Of a stretch of DNA of 64,000 nucleotides, positions 25,781 to 37,787 are shown piece by piece (positions within the stretch are counted from its first letter, which is position 1; the number at the start of each line of letters is the position of its first letter). Below the pieces are notes generated by a model. That model was not told the DNA's origin, did not search any database, and worked only from the letters and a program-made list of their open reading frames with translations. Source of the stretch: Leucoraja ocellata (lineage: Eukaryota); NCBI GenBank assembly GCA_036785375.1, contig JAWMAR010000193.1, positions 2,232,001-2,296,000 of the forward strand, read 5' to 3'. The translations under genes and the position numbers were made by a program.

Positions 25781-26563
25781 ACTGACCCACAGTAGAGGGC
25801 ATCTTCAGTGACGGAGGGCACAGAATGCACAATTGCAGTGTAATTGTTGGGCCATGCCATTTGTTCTTTTATTAACCTCTATGTGTGTGTGTGCAGAGAG
25901 CGTTGCGGGTTTTGTGTTAAAGTAATAAAAACCTGCTTCAAAAACCTGCTTTGATACGAAGGCCCACTGAGATTTTCTGAACTTTGGCCATTGCCATTAC
26001 CAGCAGAATAGCTGCTTTATAACATCCCTTTTTAAACGTCACTGCATTGATACAAATCCAACCGATTTGTTGGCTCAGTGTGAAAGTGAATCTACTTTTT
26101 TCATGCCAATGTCCATTTCCACAGGATTGTACACCATTTGACCAAAGTTAGCAATAACCCAGTCTGTTGACCCGCACGTTCTTACAATGTCTGTTTTATC
26201 TGGAAACAATAATTCTTAGTTGCATGTTTATCGCGGGTTGTGAACGTGTCATTATTTTCCCAGCAACACGTGCAAAAACATTAAGAATTGTCAACTGTTA
26301 TCACCCTCAAGGAGTTCATGCTAAAACGGTGTCTTCAACACAACTGGGACTTTGTCAATATTACAATGAGGAGTGGCAGGCTGTTGATATCGAATAAAGA
26401 ACAGTACAGCACAGGAACAGGCCCTTTGGCCTACAATGTCACTCGGAACATGATGCAAAGTTAAACAGCACACAATATTTTTTTCTTTTAACCTGTAGTT
26501 TTTCATTGCATTATTACCTGCTATGGAATCGGTTTGATTCCACCTCATTTTGATTGATTGTTT

Positions 26564-26873
26564 GAAAGATACAGCATGAAAACAGACCCTTCAGCCAACT
26601 GTGTCCACACAGACCATTGATCTCCCTTTCACACTGGCTCTATGCTGTCCCACTTTCCAATCCACTCCATGTACATTAGAGGCAATTTACAGAGACCACT
26701 TAGCCTACACACCCCCACGTCTTTGTGGTTTGAACAGAGCACCTGGAGGAAACCCATGGACTCCCAGGAAGAATGTGCAAATTCCACACAGACAGCACCC
26801 AAGGTCAGGATCGAACACGGGTCTCTGGCTGTGTGAGTCAACAGCTCCACCAGCTGCACCATTCTGCCATCCC
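26564..26873 (-). mobile_element. HE1-type V-SINE, diverged
   Basis: gatacagcatgaaaacagacccttcagcc...caggatcgaacacgggtctctgg. Confidence 0.85.
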
Positions 26874-27512
26874 GGTGTGACTTTAATTTCCCCCAATAAT
26901 TGGAGCGCAAATGTCGGTGGGTGAGCATGCTAACAGTTCGGCTTCTGGGAACTCAGACAAGGGAGGCAATGGATCAGTCCACTGATTCAGGCTAATGGCA
27001 GCAACAATGAAATATGGGTATTAACAGAGCTGAGTGAGAGGCTCGGTGCAAAGCCCAGCAGCATGGAACAGTTTAACTCTAGCCACACACTCTAGCCACT
27101 GTGCAGAATTTAGACCCTTGTCGCATGGAAATGACAGGCAACTCTCATGAGCACTTTGATGAGCCCAAAAAGAAAGCAATGTTTGATGACCAATGATTTA
27201 TTTGCAGCACAAACAAGAAGGTGGAGCAATAGAGGTCCATATTTGTTTTGTGCTGTAACGCAGCCTCAGAATGCTTTCAGTATTGTTGTACGTGCAAGTG
27301 TTCAAGGAGATCGCCGATTGTTAAAAAGGTGGTGACTTCTTGAACCAAATGTTTACTGCCCTCTCTTAGGACAAAGACACTCTTCTTCCCACTCGTATCA
27401 GTCCACACCATGCCCTTGCACTGTTTGTGAGCCTACCCTGCCCAGGCTACTATGCTTGTGTTGTGAAGGTGAAGACTCAAGATTATCCATGTCTAGAACT
27501 CCTCATCCTTGA

Positions 27513-27725
27513 TCCCCCCCCCACCCCCCCACCCCCCCCCACCCCCCCACCCCCCCCCCCCCCCCCCCCCACCCCCGCACAAGCCAAATCTACTAAAAAG
27601 TCTGAAGTCTGAAGAAGGGTCCCGATCAGCAACATCACTTATCCATTTTCTCCGGAGATGCTGCCTGAGACGTTTAGTTACTCCAGCACTTTGCATGTCT
27701 TTTTTCCATCACAAATCTGCAGCTT
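27513..27725 (+). repeat. Poly-C tract followed by a Penelope terminal segment with decayed hammerhead
   Basis: C-tract at 27513-27576, then gtCTGAAGAagggtcccgatcagcaac...ttactccagcactttg. Confidence 0.75.
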
Positions 27726-28127
27726 TTCACCAAACATGCTGCAAACTATTATATAGCAATGCATTGAAATGCCAGGAAAGACAAAGGTGCATAGGGGCAT
27801 CCACTAATGGAAAACACAAGGATAGCCGTTGATGGATCACTGCGGTTTGGCTTGCTATATTTTATTAAATTTGCAATGGAATTTTTATTATGTGCTGCTT
27901 TCTACTTTTGTGCTGTGGCCAAGCAAACTTTGTGCTGACAGAAGACATAAATAATGTCAGACTGTGAGAAAATGGGATCTATTCACTCACAGTCCAACAA
28001 TGGGGAGTTGTCCTTGTTGATGTTGAACCAAGGTTCAGGCACCAGAATCATTCTCTCGTCCTCCCACATTTTCATGCCCCTCTTCTCACAGGATCTTCCG
28101 CTTAGCCTGTACCTATTCCCCAATCGG

Positions 28128-28345
28128 TACGATACAATACGATACGATAAAAATTTATTTACCCCAGGAGGGAAATTGATCAGCCAACAGTCATAAAAAA
28201 AAGCAAAATACATGAAACAAGAAATTAAAGTGACGAGTGGAAAGGCTTGGGGAATGTGCAAAGATTGGGGGGAGTCAGTCTCACTCTACCCCACGGCAGA
28301 AGGGGGAGGAGTTGTAGTTTGATAGCTACAGGGAAGAAGGATCTT
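28128..28345 (-). mobile_element. LINE 3' tail (Rex/Babar-type)
   Basis: (tacga)n tail, tttatttaccccaggagggaaatt, and tttgatagctacagggaagaagg. Confidence 0.55.
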
Positions 28346-28919
28346 CAGTGGCATCCTGTTGCCCTTCAAGTATAATATCCTTTAAAGTCTCATGTCAAGA
28401 AGCAACCGGGTTCGATGTCGAAAAAACTTTCTGCACCTTACATGTTAGTTATTGAAGACTTTAATTTGCAAATTTAATGCTCGGAAATTGGATCTTCCAG
28501 CTTATTGATGTGCTAAATATGTGTTGTAAATAGGTTTGATGCCTGATAGAAACCACTGGAAAAATAAATGAATTAATTAACGCAACACATTGATAGGCCG
28601 CACACACAACATGCCATATGTAAGGATCTATGCCATTCCTGAGATGAGGTGATTGGTGGGATTTCTATTTTGATGCATTGATTACTGAAGAGGCAATCAA
28701 ACCTCAAGGGCATTCAATGTAACGTGCCAATGTAGTAAGGAAAAAGCCCAGAAGAGGAGGAGCATGGTGGTCATCAGTGTGAAACTGACGATTGTACTGT
28801 TCAATGTGAAATGGCGCCAAAACCTGGTGACTATTGTATATAGACTCAGTGGGATGCTTCTATGCATTAGGTGCTTAACCGGGCATTGTACTTATGTGTG
28901 GCAATAGTCTTCAATCTGT

Positions 28920-31664
28920 ATGCACAAAAAAAAAATCTCACTTTACTCTGGTGCACGTGTTGATAAAAGAGCCATTGAATCATTGTGTGCACGTGTTGAT
29001 AAAAGAGCCATTGAATCATTGAAGCAACGAGAAAAGGAAAAAACTATTACAAAAATTAAATCGGACAATGGTGAGTTGCTAACATTGCCTAAGGATATTA
29101 ATAAGAGGTTTGCCCAATTTTATCATAATTTATACACATCCAAAATAAAGACAGATGTAAGTAAAATTACAAATTTTTTAGATAATTGCAAGCTCCCAAA
29201 ATTGGGTAGTTTAGAACAAGAGCAATTAGGAGCACGGATTACTAGTGAAGAAATAAAACAAATAATAAACTCATTGAAAAATGGGAAGACCCCAGGACCA
29301 GATGGCTTTAGTAATGAATTTTATAAAAGATTTCAGGAGTCTATTGTACCAAGATTATTTAATTTATACACGCAGGCTTATACTGAAAATAAACTACCAG
29401 AAACCCTAGCAGAAGCAACAATAACGCTTATACCAAAAAAAGATAAAGATTTAGAAGAGCCTGGTTCTTATAGAGCTATATCACTTCTAAATACGGATCA
29501 GAAAATTTTAGCAAAGATTCTAGCTAGAAGGCTAAATAATTATATTAACAATTTAATAAATACGGATCAAACGGGATTTATACCCAAAAGACAATCATTT
29601 AATAATTTGAGAAGGCTTTTTAATATAATGTACTCTCATAAGAAGGACAATGAAGATATCTCAGTGGTCACGTTGGATGCAGAGAAGGCATTTGATCAAG
29701 TAGAATGGCAGTATTTATACAAGGTACTCCAAAAATTTAATATGGGAGAGAATTTTATCAGATGGATTAAACTACTTTATGACAGACCTACGGCAAGAAT
29801 ATTAACTAACAATACACTATCTCCAAAATTTTACTTATCAAGGGGTAATAGGCAAGGGTGTGCCTTATCACCATTGCTATTTGCCCTTATGATAGAACCG
29901 TTGGCCGAAAGGATTAGAAATCACCCGAATATTCACGGATATAACAGCAAGGACTCAAAGAATAAAATTTCATTATACGCGGATGATATCCTTTTATATA
30001 TTACTAATACACAAACGAGTATACCCACCTTATTAACACTAATTGAGGAATTCGGCTCTTTTTCAGGATACAGAATAAATTGGAATAAAAGCGAAATTAT
30101 GTCTTTAAAACCACAGGATTCGAGACACTTACTAAAATTCCCCTTCAAAATTGCAACAGAAAAATTTAAGTACCTGGGTATTCAAATTACGAGAAGACAC
30201 AAATCATTATTTAGTGCCAATTTTATACCACTATTAAATAAACTGAATGATACGATTAAATTTTGGAAAACGCTTCCACTCTCATTGATAGGCAGAATTA
30301 ACGCTATAAAAATGACTTTCCTACCACAATTAATATATTTGTTTCAAGCAATTCCAATATATATTCCAAAATATTTTTTCAAAAAATTAGATTCCACTAT
30401 CACTAATTTTATATGGGACTACAGAACACATAGAATTCAACGAAAGCATTTGTGCAAATCTAAAGAAGTGGGGGGTTTATCATTACCTAACTTTATATAT
30501 TACTACTGGGCAGTGCATATTAAGAACATAATATACTGGCTAGATAGTTCCACTCAGCAGTTGGAGTGGATAAGAATGGAGAAAGAGGAGTGCTATCCGC
30601 ACGATATAGGAACGATCCTGCTCTCACCGATAAAATTGAATAGTATAATATATAAGAAGAACCCAATTATTCACAATATAATAAGAATTTGGAAACAAAT
30701 AAAAGCATCCTTGAAATTAAATAATTTATCAGTACTAACCCCACTACTGAACAACCCCGCATTCAAACCTTCTCTCATCGACAACACATATCAGCAATGG
30801 GATAGACTGGGGATTAGGAAAGTAGGGGACATGTATGAAGTGGGCAAACTGTTATCATTTCAACAATTAAAATTAAAATTTAAATTGAAGGATAATCAAT
30901 ATTTTAAATATATACAGGTATGTGACTTTATGAAGAAACATACACATAGATTTCAAACTATATTTTTAGATCCTTTAGAAGAAGCAATGAATATTAAGGC
31001 TGATTCACAAAAATTAATATCATACTTTTATAATAATATATTAAATAGAGAATCACCCTCAACAGAAGCATTAAGGGAAGATTGGGAACAAGAGCTAATG
31101 ACAAAGATCTCGAAGGATAGATGGGAAAAATATTTGATGAACACACATAACTGTTCTATTAATGCAAGACACAATTTAATTCAATTCAAATTATTACATA
31201 GACTATATTATTCAAAAACGAGGTTGAACAAATTTTATCCAAACGTCTCTCCCAGATGCGATAAATGTTTGTTTCAAAACGCTAATATAACACACTCATT
31301 TGTTGGATGTACAAAGTTGAATAAATTTTGGAGTGATATATTTGATATATTTACAAAGATTTTCAAGTCAAGAATAGAACCCAAAACGGAATGGATTATA
31401 TTTGGAATAATAGGAGAAGATACCAATTTAAATAAAGATCAAAATGTTTTTTTTAATTATGGGTTAATAATTGGAAAGAAATTGATACTTAAATTTTGGA
31501 AAAGTACAACCACACCAACTGTTAAAATGTGGATTAGGAATATGATGGACATAGCACGCCTTGAAGAAATGAGACTCCGACTAATAGATAAATATGACCA
31601 ATTCTTAAAGAGTTGGTCTCCTTTCATCGACTTTTTGGAATCATGTGATGCAGCGGTGCCGTAA
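28920..31664 (+). CDS. L1-clade ORF2 reverse transcriptase lacking the endonuclease; first ~34 codons come from flanking DNA
   Basis: KTPGPDGF, YRAISLLN, LDAEKAFD, RQGCALSP and LYADD motifs, plus C-terminal CCHC knuckle CDKC-x8-H-x4-C. Confidence 0.9.
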   Translation: MHKKKISLYSGARVDKRAIESLCARVDKRAIESLKQREKEKTITKIKSDNGELLTLPKDINKRFAQFYHNLYTSKIKTDVSKITNFLDNCKLPKLGSLEQEQLGARITSEEIKQIINSLKNGKTPGPDGFSNEFYKRFQESIVPRLFNLYTQAYTENKLPETLAEATITLIPKKDKDLEEPGSYRAISLLNTDQKILAKILARRLNNYINNLINTDQTGFIPKRQSFNNLRRLFNIMYSHKKDNEDISVVTLDAEKAFDQVEWQYLYKVLQKFNMGENFIRWIKLLYDRPTARILTNNTLSPKFYLSRGNRQGCALSPLLFALMIEPLAERIRNHPNIHGYNSKDSKNKISLYADDILLYITNTQTSIPTLLTLIEEFGSFSGYRINWNKSEIMSLKPQDSRHLLKFPFKIATEKFKYLGIQITRRHKSLFSANFIPLLNKLNDTIKFWKTLPLSLIGRINAIKMTFLPQLIYLFQAIPIYIPKYFFKKLDSTITNFIWDYRTHRIQRKHLCKSKEVGGLSLPNFIYYYWAVHIKNIIYWLDSSTQQLEWIRMEKEECYPHDIGTILLSPIKLNSIIYKKNPIIHNIIRIWKQIKASLKLNNLSVLTPLLNNPAFKPSLIDNTYQQWDRLGIRKVGDMYEVGKLLSFQQLKLKFKLKDNQYFKYIQVCDFMKKHTHRFQTIFLDPLEEAMNIKADSQKLISYFYNNILNRESPSTEALREDWEQELMTKISKDRWEKYLMNTHNCSINARHNLIQFKLLHRLYYSKTRLNKFYPNVSPRCDKCLFQNANITHSFVGCTKLNKFWSDIFDIFTKIFKSRIEPKTEWIIFGIIGEDTNLNKDQNVFFNYGLIIGKKLILKFWKSTTTPTVKMWIRNMMDIARLEEMRLRLIDKYDQFLKSWSPFIDFLESCDAAVP

Positions 31665-32004
31665 GGATTGCCGATTTCAGTTCATGACGCGGATAGATCT
31701 ACATCTCCGAATACAGATTTGAAAAATTCCCTTTTAAGGGGCCTTCTCTTCTATTTCTACTCTCCTCTTTCTCTCTTCCTTTTTTATTTTTTATATACAC
31801 ACTTCACGTTTTTCTACTCTCTGCCATCTATTTTTCCACTTTTTCCCCTTTCTATTGCTTTCTTTTTCTTGATCTGCTTACTTTTTTCTTATAACATAAA
31901 ACTAGAGGTTGTACATAGAATGGATTACGGTATTACATAGTTGGCACCTAAAATTAGGCGCCACTGTACTGTTTTGTGCTGTATTAACTTCTAATAAAAT
32001 AAAC

Positions 32005-32053
<49 letters not shown>
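29022..32053 (+). mobile_element. Young 5'-truncated L1-clade LINE
   Basis: Uninterrupted ORF2 segment, 3'UTR, AATAAA at 31993, pure A48 at 32006-32053, and 9-bp TSD gaatcattg (29013-29021, 32054-32062). Confidence 0.95.
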
Positions 32054-32055
<2 letters not shown>

Positions 32056-32061
32056 ATCATT

Positions 32062-32155
32062 GTGTGTGTGTGCGCGTGTGTGTTTGTATGGAAATATGTG
32101 TGCGTGTGTATGTGTGCATGTGGGTGTATGTGTGTGCATGTGTGGGTGTGTGTGC
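32062..32155. repeat. (GT)n-like microsatellite
   Basis: Imperfect tgtgtg array. Confidence 0.9.
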
Positions 32156-32639
32156 AACCTCCCCCATCCACCCCACATGATGACGTGCTCTGATTGAGTG
32201 CCTTGCCCCCAGCACCACCTCGAGTGCAGGATGATCAAAGCAACTCCCGCATGCACAATATATAAATGGTTGCAAACAGTGAAGGATCAGCCAGTGATGC
32301 AATTCCCATTATCCTCACCATTAAAACCGAGGCTAGAGGATGCCATGGCAAGACAATGATGCCACAATGTCCTATTGATTGATAACTCATTGTCAGTATT
32401 AAAACGTTGGGCTTGTAGTTTTATTGATACACACCAAGTTTAGATTAAACTCAGAATGTCCAATTTATGCTGGCATGGGACGAAGCACAAGTTCTGTTGG
32501 GGGTAAAGCAGCTGGAGCCATGGCTAATTTCTCATGGAGATGACCTCATTTAGAAATAATCGGCAGCATGATGCGATCCAGATACCATCACTATTACCAG
32601 TGAATGCACATGTTCAATGGGCATTAATGCATCCAATTT

Positions 32640-33321
32640 CTAGATCCTCTGGAAAGTTTCAAATGCCGCTTGTGAAGTATTGAGGAACAGAAGCGACCTT
32701 GGTATACATGTCCAGGATTCCTGAAGGGAGCTGCACAGGAACATCAGGCAGTTACAAATGCTAACAGGATACCTACCTTCATTAGCCAGAGCACAGAATG
32801 CAGTTAAATAAAACATTTGTTCAGTCATAGCCGGAGTGCGGTGCACAGTTCTGGTAGCCACACCAGGAAGACCTTGAAAGCAGAAGGTGCAAAGGAAATA
32901 CACCAAGATATTGCGCGGGATAGAGAACTCTATCAATGAGGACAAGGTTTTTAGATTGTATCTGTTTTTCTTGGTGTGTAGAAGACTGAGAGGAGACCTG
33001 GTACAAACGTATGCGAGTGATATATGCTGTGTGATATATGATATATGCTATATTAAAAATAAATTGGATAGTTATATGGACGAGAAAGGAATGGAGGGTT
33101 ATGGTCTGAGCGCAGGTATATGGGACTAGGGGAGAATACGTGTTCGGCACGGACTAGAAGGGTCGAGATGGCCTGTTTCCGTGCTGTAATTGTTATATGG
33201 TTATATGGTTATATGGTTATATATAGTGAGAAACTTTTCCCCTGAATAGTAATACGTTTGACTAGAGAGCATGACTTTAAGCTAATGGGTAAGAGATTTA
33301 GAAAGGTTTTGAAGATCAGTT
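32640..33321 (+). mobile_element. Old CR1 fragment with a younger CR1 tail nested at ~33050-33222
   Basis: RRLRGDLV-like remnant. The nested tail ends in (atatggtt)n like the 49150-49309 tail. Confidence 0.75.
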
Positions 33322-33334
33322 TATACCAAGGGCA

Positions 33335-33559
33335 CAAAATGCTGGAGTAAATTAACAGGTCAGGCAGCATCTCAGGAGAAAATGAATGGGTAACGTTTTG
33401 GTTCGAAACACTTCTTCAGCCTCTTACTCTTAGTCTGAAGAAGTGTTTCGGGCCAAAACATCACCTATTCCTTTTCTCCAGATATGCTGCCTGACCCACT
33501 GAGTTATTCCAGCATGTTATGTCTATCTGCGGTGTAAACCAGCATCTGCAGTTCCTTTC
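33335..33559. mobile_element. Palindromic Penelope-derived mini-element with hammerhead-derived cores
   Basis: ~85-bp inverted arms around a 15-nt spacer, tail ccagcatctgcagttcct, and 13-bp TSD tataccaagggca. Confidence 0.85.
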
Positions 33560-34780
33560 TATACCAAGGGCATGTTTGATATCTGGAACATGTTGCCTGT
33601 GATTTTAGTGAATGCAGAAACTCACAGCATTTAAGTATTTAGGCAAGGAGGGGGTAGGCAGTTCCCATGGCACTATTTGTCTGCTCTCCATAATTCCATG
33701 GGGAGAGGAGAGCATGCATTATCAGAGCATGCAGATAATGTATGCATTATCATCATTACTAACATGGTGACCCATGTGACGCAAGTCATGTACAAGAAAT
33801 TGCATTGGACCTTGTTTTGAAAAATGCATGTGACATGGTCAATTTGTAAAACCTATGTATTTTGAAATTATCACTCTAACTTCTGTCGTTGAAGTAGAAG
33901 AAAAAAACAGCATGTGTCTAATATTTGCTGGTGATTTGCGGGCACTTCAAAAAGTACAAGGAGATGATGTACAAGGGATTGGGTGGAGCAGTGGCAAAAA
34001 TAGGTTTATTTGATGTCAAGGCATTAGGATGGTTACAATAAATAATAGGCTGCCGTTTTATGCAAATCGTATGCATTACCTTGGTTAAAGAAATCACATG
34101 CAAGTATCTCTAAATTTATCTCTGAACTGGCCCAACAATACGTTTTAGTATCAGGCCCACAAGGGAAATCCCTACTGTATAAACATATTGTAATTTCCCA
34201 CAGCAACTATTCCAACTGCCACTGAGTAAAATTGCCCCAATTAGTGCCAATTAAAGAATGGCATGTTTGTATTATTGACTCATATCCTTTGGGAATTAGA
34301 TTAAGACTGTTCAAACAATTTAATTTAGGACATTTAAAACATGCCAGGAAAAGGAGTGTAACTTGGTTTATTTGAAACCTTGACTTTAAATATCAGGTAT
34401 GCATTCTGCTGGTGATTCTTACTTTATTCCAAAAGCATGCTCACTCGAGACAATCGTTGGTTATCCATTGAATAGGCTGACCAGCCAAGCAACTTGCACT
34501 CTTCTAGTGAGGCAGTTAGAAATCTGTTTAGAGCTGGAACATAAAACATTTAATGTAACTTCTTTGCTAATATTCCACTTTGCTTGTCTAGTATGCCCTT
34601 AGAGCTTTGTAAATAAGGCTATACAGATTAAGCGTGGCACGATACATTTTTGTCATGTGCAGTATATCATGGAAGGTAGCAAGAACTTTGTAATTGGTTT
34701 AGAATAGTGATATTATATATACTACTTAGTTGATCAACATTGTGCTATTTACACCTAACATTGCTTAAAAATAAGTTTAA

Positions 34781-35031
34781 AACACAAAGTGCTAGAGTAA
34801 CTCAGTAGATCAGACAGTATCTCTGGAGAACATTGATGGGTGACGTGCCGGGTCGGGACTCTTCTTCAGACTGATTGTAGTGGGGGAGAGAGGAAAAAAG
34901 CTGGGAGCGAGGAGAGGCAGGACAAAGCATGCTGGGTAATAGGTGAACACAGGTGAGGGGGATTGTTAGGCAGATCAGAGGCCAGAGATTAAAACAGGTG
35001 TGAGACAAAAGGATTGAAGTGATGCAAATTA
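34781..35031 (-). mobile_element. Penelope 3'/terminal repeat, interrupted by the MITE at 35032
   Basis: Minus strand reads cagtCTGAAGAagagtcccgacccggcacgtcaccc. The sequence resumes after 36096 (tgaagcc..gaggaatgt). Confidence 0.75.
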
Positions 35032-36093
35032 AGGGGCTGTCCCACTGCAGCGACCTAATCTGCGAGTTTAGAAGAGTTTGCCCTCGACTCAAACTTGCAG
35101 CATGGTCGACAGGTGATTCTAGGAGGTCCTATGAGGTCATTGGAACTCTCCTTCATGCTCGAGAGAAGTTCCCGCATGCTCGCAGCCTCAGTTTGGTCGA
35201 GGAAAATATGTCAGCATGTTGAAAAATTTTCCGCGAATAAAAAGTGGTCGGCAAAATCCTTTTGAATCGTAGTGCAGTGGAGTGGGGTTGCTATGTAGTT
35301 ATTGGCAGTCGAGGGCAGCCGTAGGCAAACTCCTTCGCTGACCGGACATTTTAATTGGCTCATTGGAGTTTTCAGGACTAAGGAAAACTGACCGGTAGGT
35401 AAAATGCCCGCTAAACTTTATTAAATGTTGTCTAGCTTCTTAAAAGTGTTTCCACTCCTTCTCCCCCTCCCCCCCTCCTTCTCCCCCCCTCTCCTCCCTT
35501 CTCCCCCTTTCCTCCCCTTCTTTCCCCACCTCTCCCTTCTCTCCCCTTCTCTCCCCTTCTCTCCCCTTCTCTCCTCCCCCCTCCCTGCTCTCTAAAGGAC
35601 TTACCGTACACTGTGCAGCCGTCTTTTACCTTCCTGTTCATCGCGGGTGTGAATTTCAGACGGCGCTCCCCCGCTTTCCCTGNNNNNNNNNNNNNNNNNN
35701 NNNNNNNNNNNNNNNNNNNNNNNNNNNNNNNNNNNNNNNNNNNNNNNNNNNNNNNNNNNNNNNNNNNNNNNNNNNNNNNNNNNNNNNNNNNNNNNNNNNN
35801 NNNNNNNNNNNNNNNNNNNNNNNNNNNNNNNNNNNNNNNNNNNNNNNNNNNNNNNNNNNNNNNNNNNNNNNNNNNNNNNNNNNNNNNNNNNNNNNNNNNN
35901 NNNNNNNNNNNNNNNNNNNNNNNNNNNNNNNNNNNNNNNNNNNNNNNNNNNNNNNNNNNNNNNNNNNNNNNNNNNNNNNNNNNNNNNNNTTCATCGCTGA
36001 CGATCGATCCAGCTCGAGGTTTCTCAGGCGAGTGCCCTCTAGCTTGAAGGTCGAAGAAAGTCACTGAAAAGTCGCGTCAGTGGGACAGGCCCT
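35032..36093. mobile_element. PIF/Harbinger-like non-autonomous DNA transposon spanning an assembly gap
   Basis: TIRs aggggctgtcccactg / cagtgggacaggccct and TTA TSD; colinear with 39426-40024. Confidence 0.85.
35683..35989. other. Assembly gap (307 N)
   Basis: Run of N. Confidence 1.
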
Positions 36094-36884
36094 TTATGAA
36101 GCCACACAGAGGAATGTTTAAACTACTGTGTGGTGATTGTTACTGTGTCAAATAGTTCAATTAAAACCTGTTAGCTGCAGTGATTTGTCATGTTTGGGGG
36201 GAGGACCTGTCACATAACAAGAAATTGTTTGATCGTGTATATTAAAGAAGGAGATTTTGCCATTGATAAAGAGAATGTCTTTGGAATTGAAGATGGAAAT
36301 AGTGTCCAGGATGAAAACTAATAAAACATGTTGTTTTTTGTTGTAGTTGAGGTTTTGCAACGGCAGAAGGGATGTGAGTTTTGTTCAGTTTTCTCCTGAA
36401 ACTGTTTGTTTCTTGGATTGATTGAACAGTGTGTGCCTCAAACTCCACCTCGTCCAATGGTGCCAAGGTCAACCTGTTGCCAGGAACAACATCAATGGAG
36501 AATCTTGCCTTCTACTCCTGATATTCAATGACAAAATTATCAATGGGTCCCAACAATCAGTCATTATTGACCAATATACACTTATTAAACGTTAAAAAAT
36601 AGAATGAGCAATATGGCATTCAGCCCCTCAAGCTTGTTCTGGCCTTGAATTGCTGATTCAACTTTCCTCATCGAATTTCTCTGAATCAAGAATGTGGTTC
36701 TTTTTATTTCTCAAAGAACCATTCCAGCCTGGAAAATACTCAAGGACTCTGCTCCATAGCTTTCTGAGGCAAAGAATTCAGTGGCCAGAGTAACTAATTA
36801 AATCAGTCATCAGTGTTCATACTTTAAACTATTATATATGATTCTATTAACCTATAATAGTAACCCCTGCCCACTCATATGGTG

Positions 36885-37400
36885 TCATGCAGTCATACAG
36901 CACAGAAACAAGCCATTGGGCTGACCATCTCTCTGAACTTGCTCCATGGCTTTCTGTGTTGGTGATTCAAACGTTTGTCTTAAAAAATACTTCTTAAATG
37001 TTATGAGCCTCTGCTCCCAATACCCACTCTGGCAGTGCCTTCCAGATCCCCATCAGCCTCTGAGTGAAAGAATCTTCCTTAGATCCCCACCAAACCTTTA
37101 CCCCTTACCCAACATGTATACCCTTTAGTTTCAGATTCTTATATTATGGGGCAAAGTTTTCCACTATCTAATCTATCTCTGTCCCTTATAATGTTGTGCA
37201 CCTTTATCTGTTCACCCAACACCCTCCGCAGCCTCCTTCACTCCAAGGAAAACAAATCAGCCTCTCCAGTCTCTAAAATGTTCTAATTCAGACAACATCC
37301 TGGTGAATGTCATGTTAACCCTCTCCAGTCCAAACACATCCTTTCTATAAAGTGGTGATCAGATTTGTACATCGGACTCCAGCTGTGGCCCAGTCTTTTG
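36885..37400 (-). mobile_element. Old CR1 3' fragment
   Basis: gtcatacagcacagaaacaagcc...cagcctccttcactccaaggaaaac. Confidence 0.6.
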
Positions 37401-37574
37401 ATTAATGCTCATGCACAAATTCCAGAAAGACCAATTATACTTCTGCTATTTTCAGAACAGCTTCCATTTACTTCAGCCATTGTTACCAGACTCTTCGGCA
37501 CATCTACAGAGAGAATCAATTGTCACTGACAGAGATGTTCAATCTACCAGCGTGTTATCCCTTACTTTGCATGG

Positions 37575-37787
37575 CATCAATTGCCACAGAAGGCTGTGGA
37601 GCCCAAGTTAATGGATATTTTTATGGTGGAGTTTGACAGATACTTGATTAGTAAGGTGTCAGGAGTTGTGGGGCAAAGGCAGGAGAATTGGGTTGAGAGG
37701 GTATGATAGATTAGCCATGATTGAATGGAGGAGTAGACTTGATGGGTCGAATGGCCTAATTCTGCTCCCAGAACTTACAAACATGAA
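37575..37787 (+). mobile_element. CR1/HER1 3' tail
   Basis: ttgccacagaaggctgtggag...gacttgatgggtcgaatggcctaattctgctcc. Confidence 0.8.

Noticed and set aside
25552-27832. Gly-rich and Pro-rich ORFs
   Set aside because: These are translations of poly-C/G tracts.
31902-32302. Poly-Lys/Phe and His-Thr/Cys-Val ORFs
   Set aside because: These are translations of the L1 poly(A) tail and the GT microsatellite.
35432-36064. Long ORFs containing X runs
   Set aside because: They are artefacts of the N gap.
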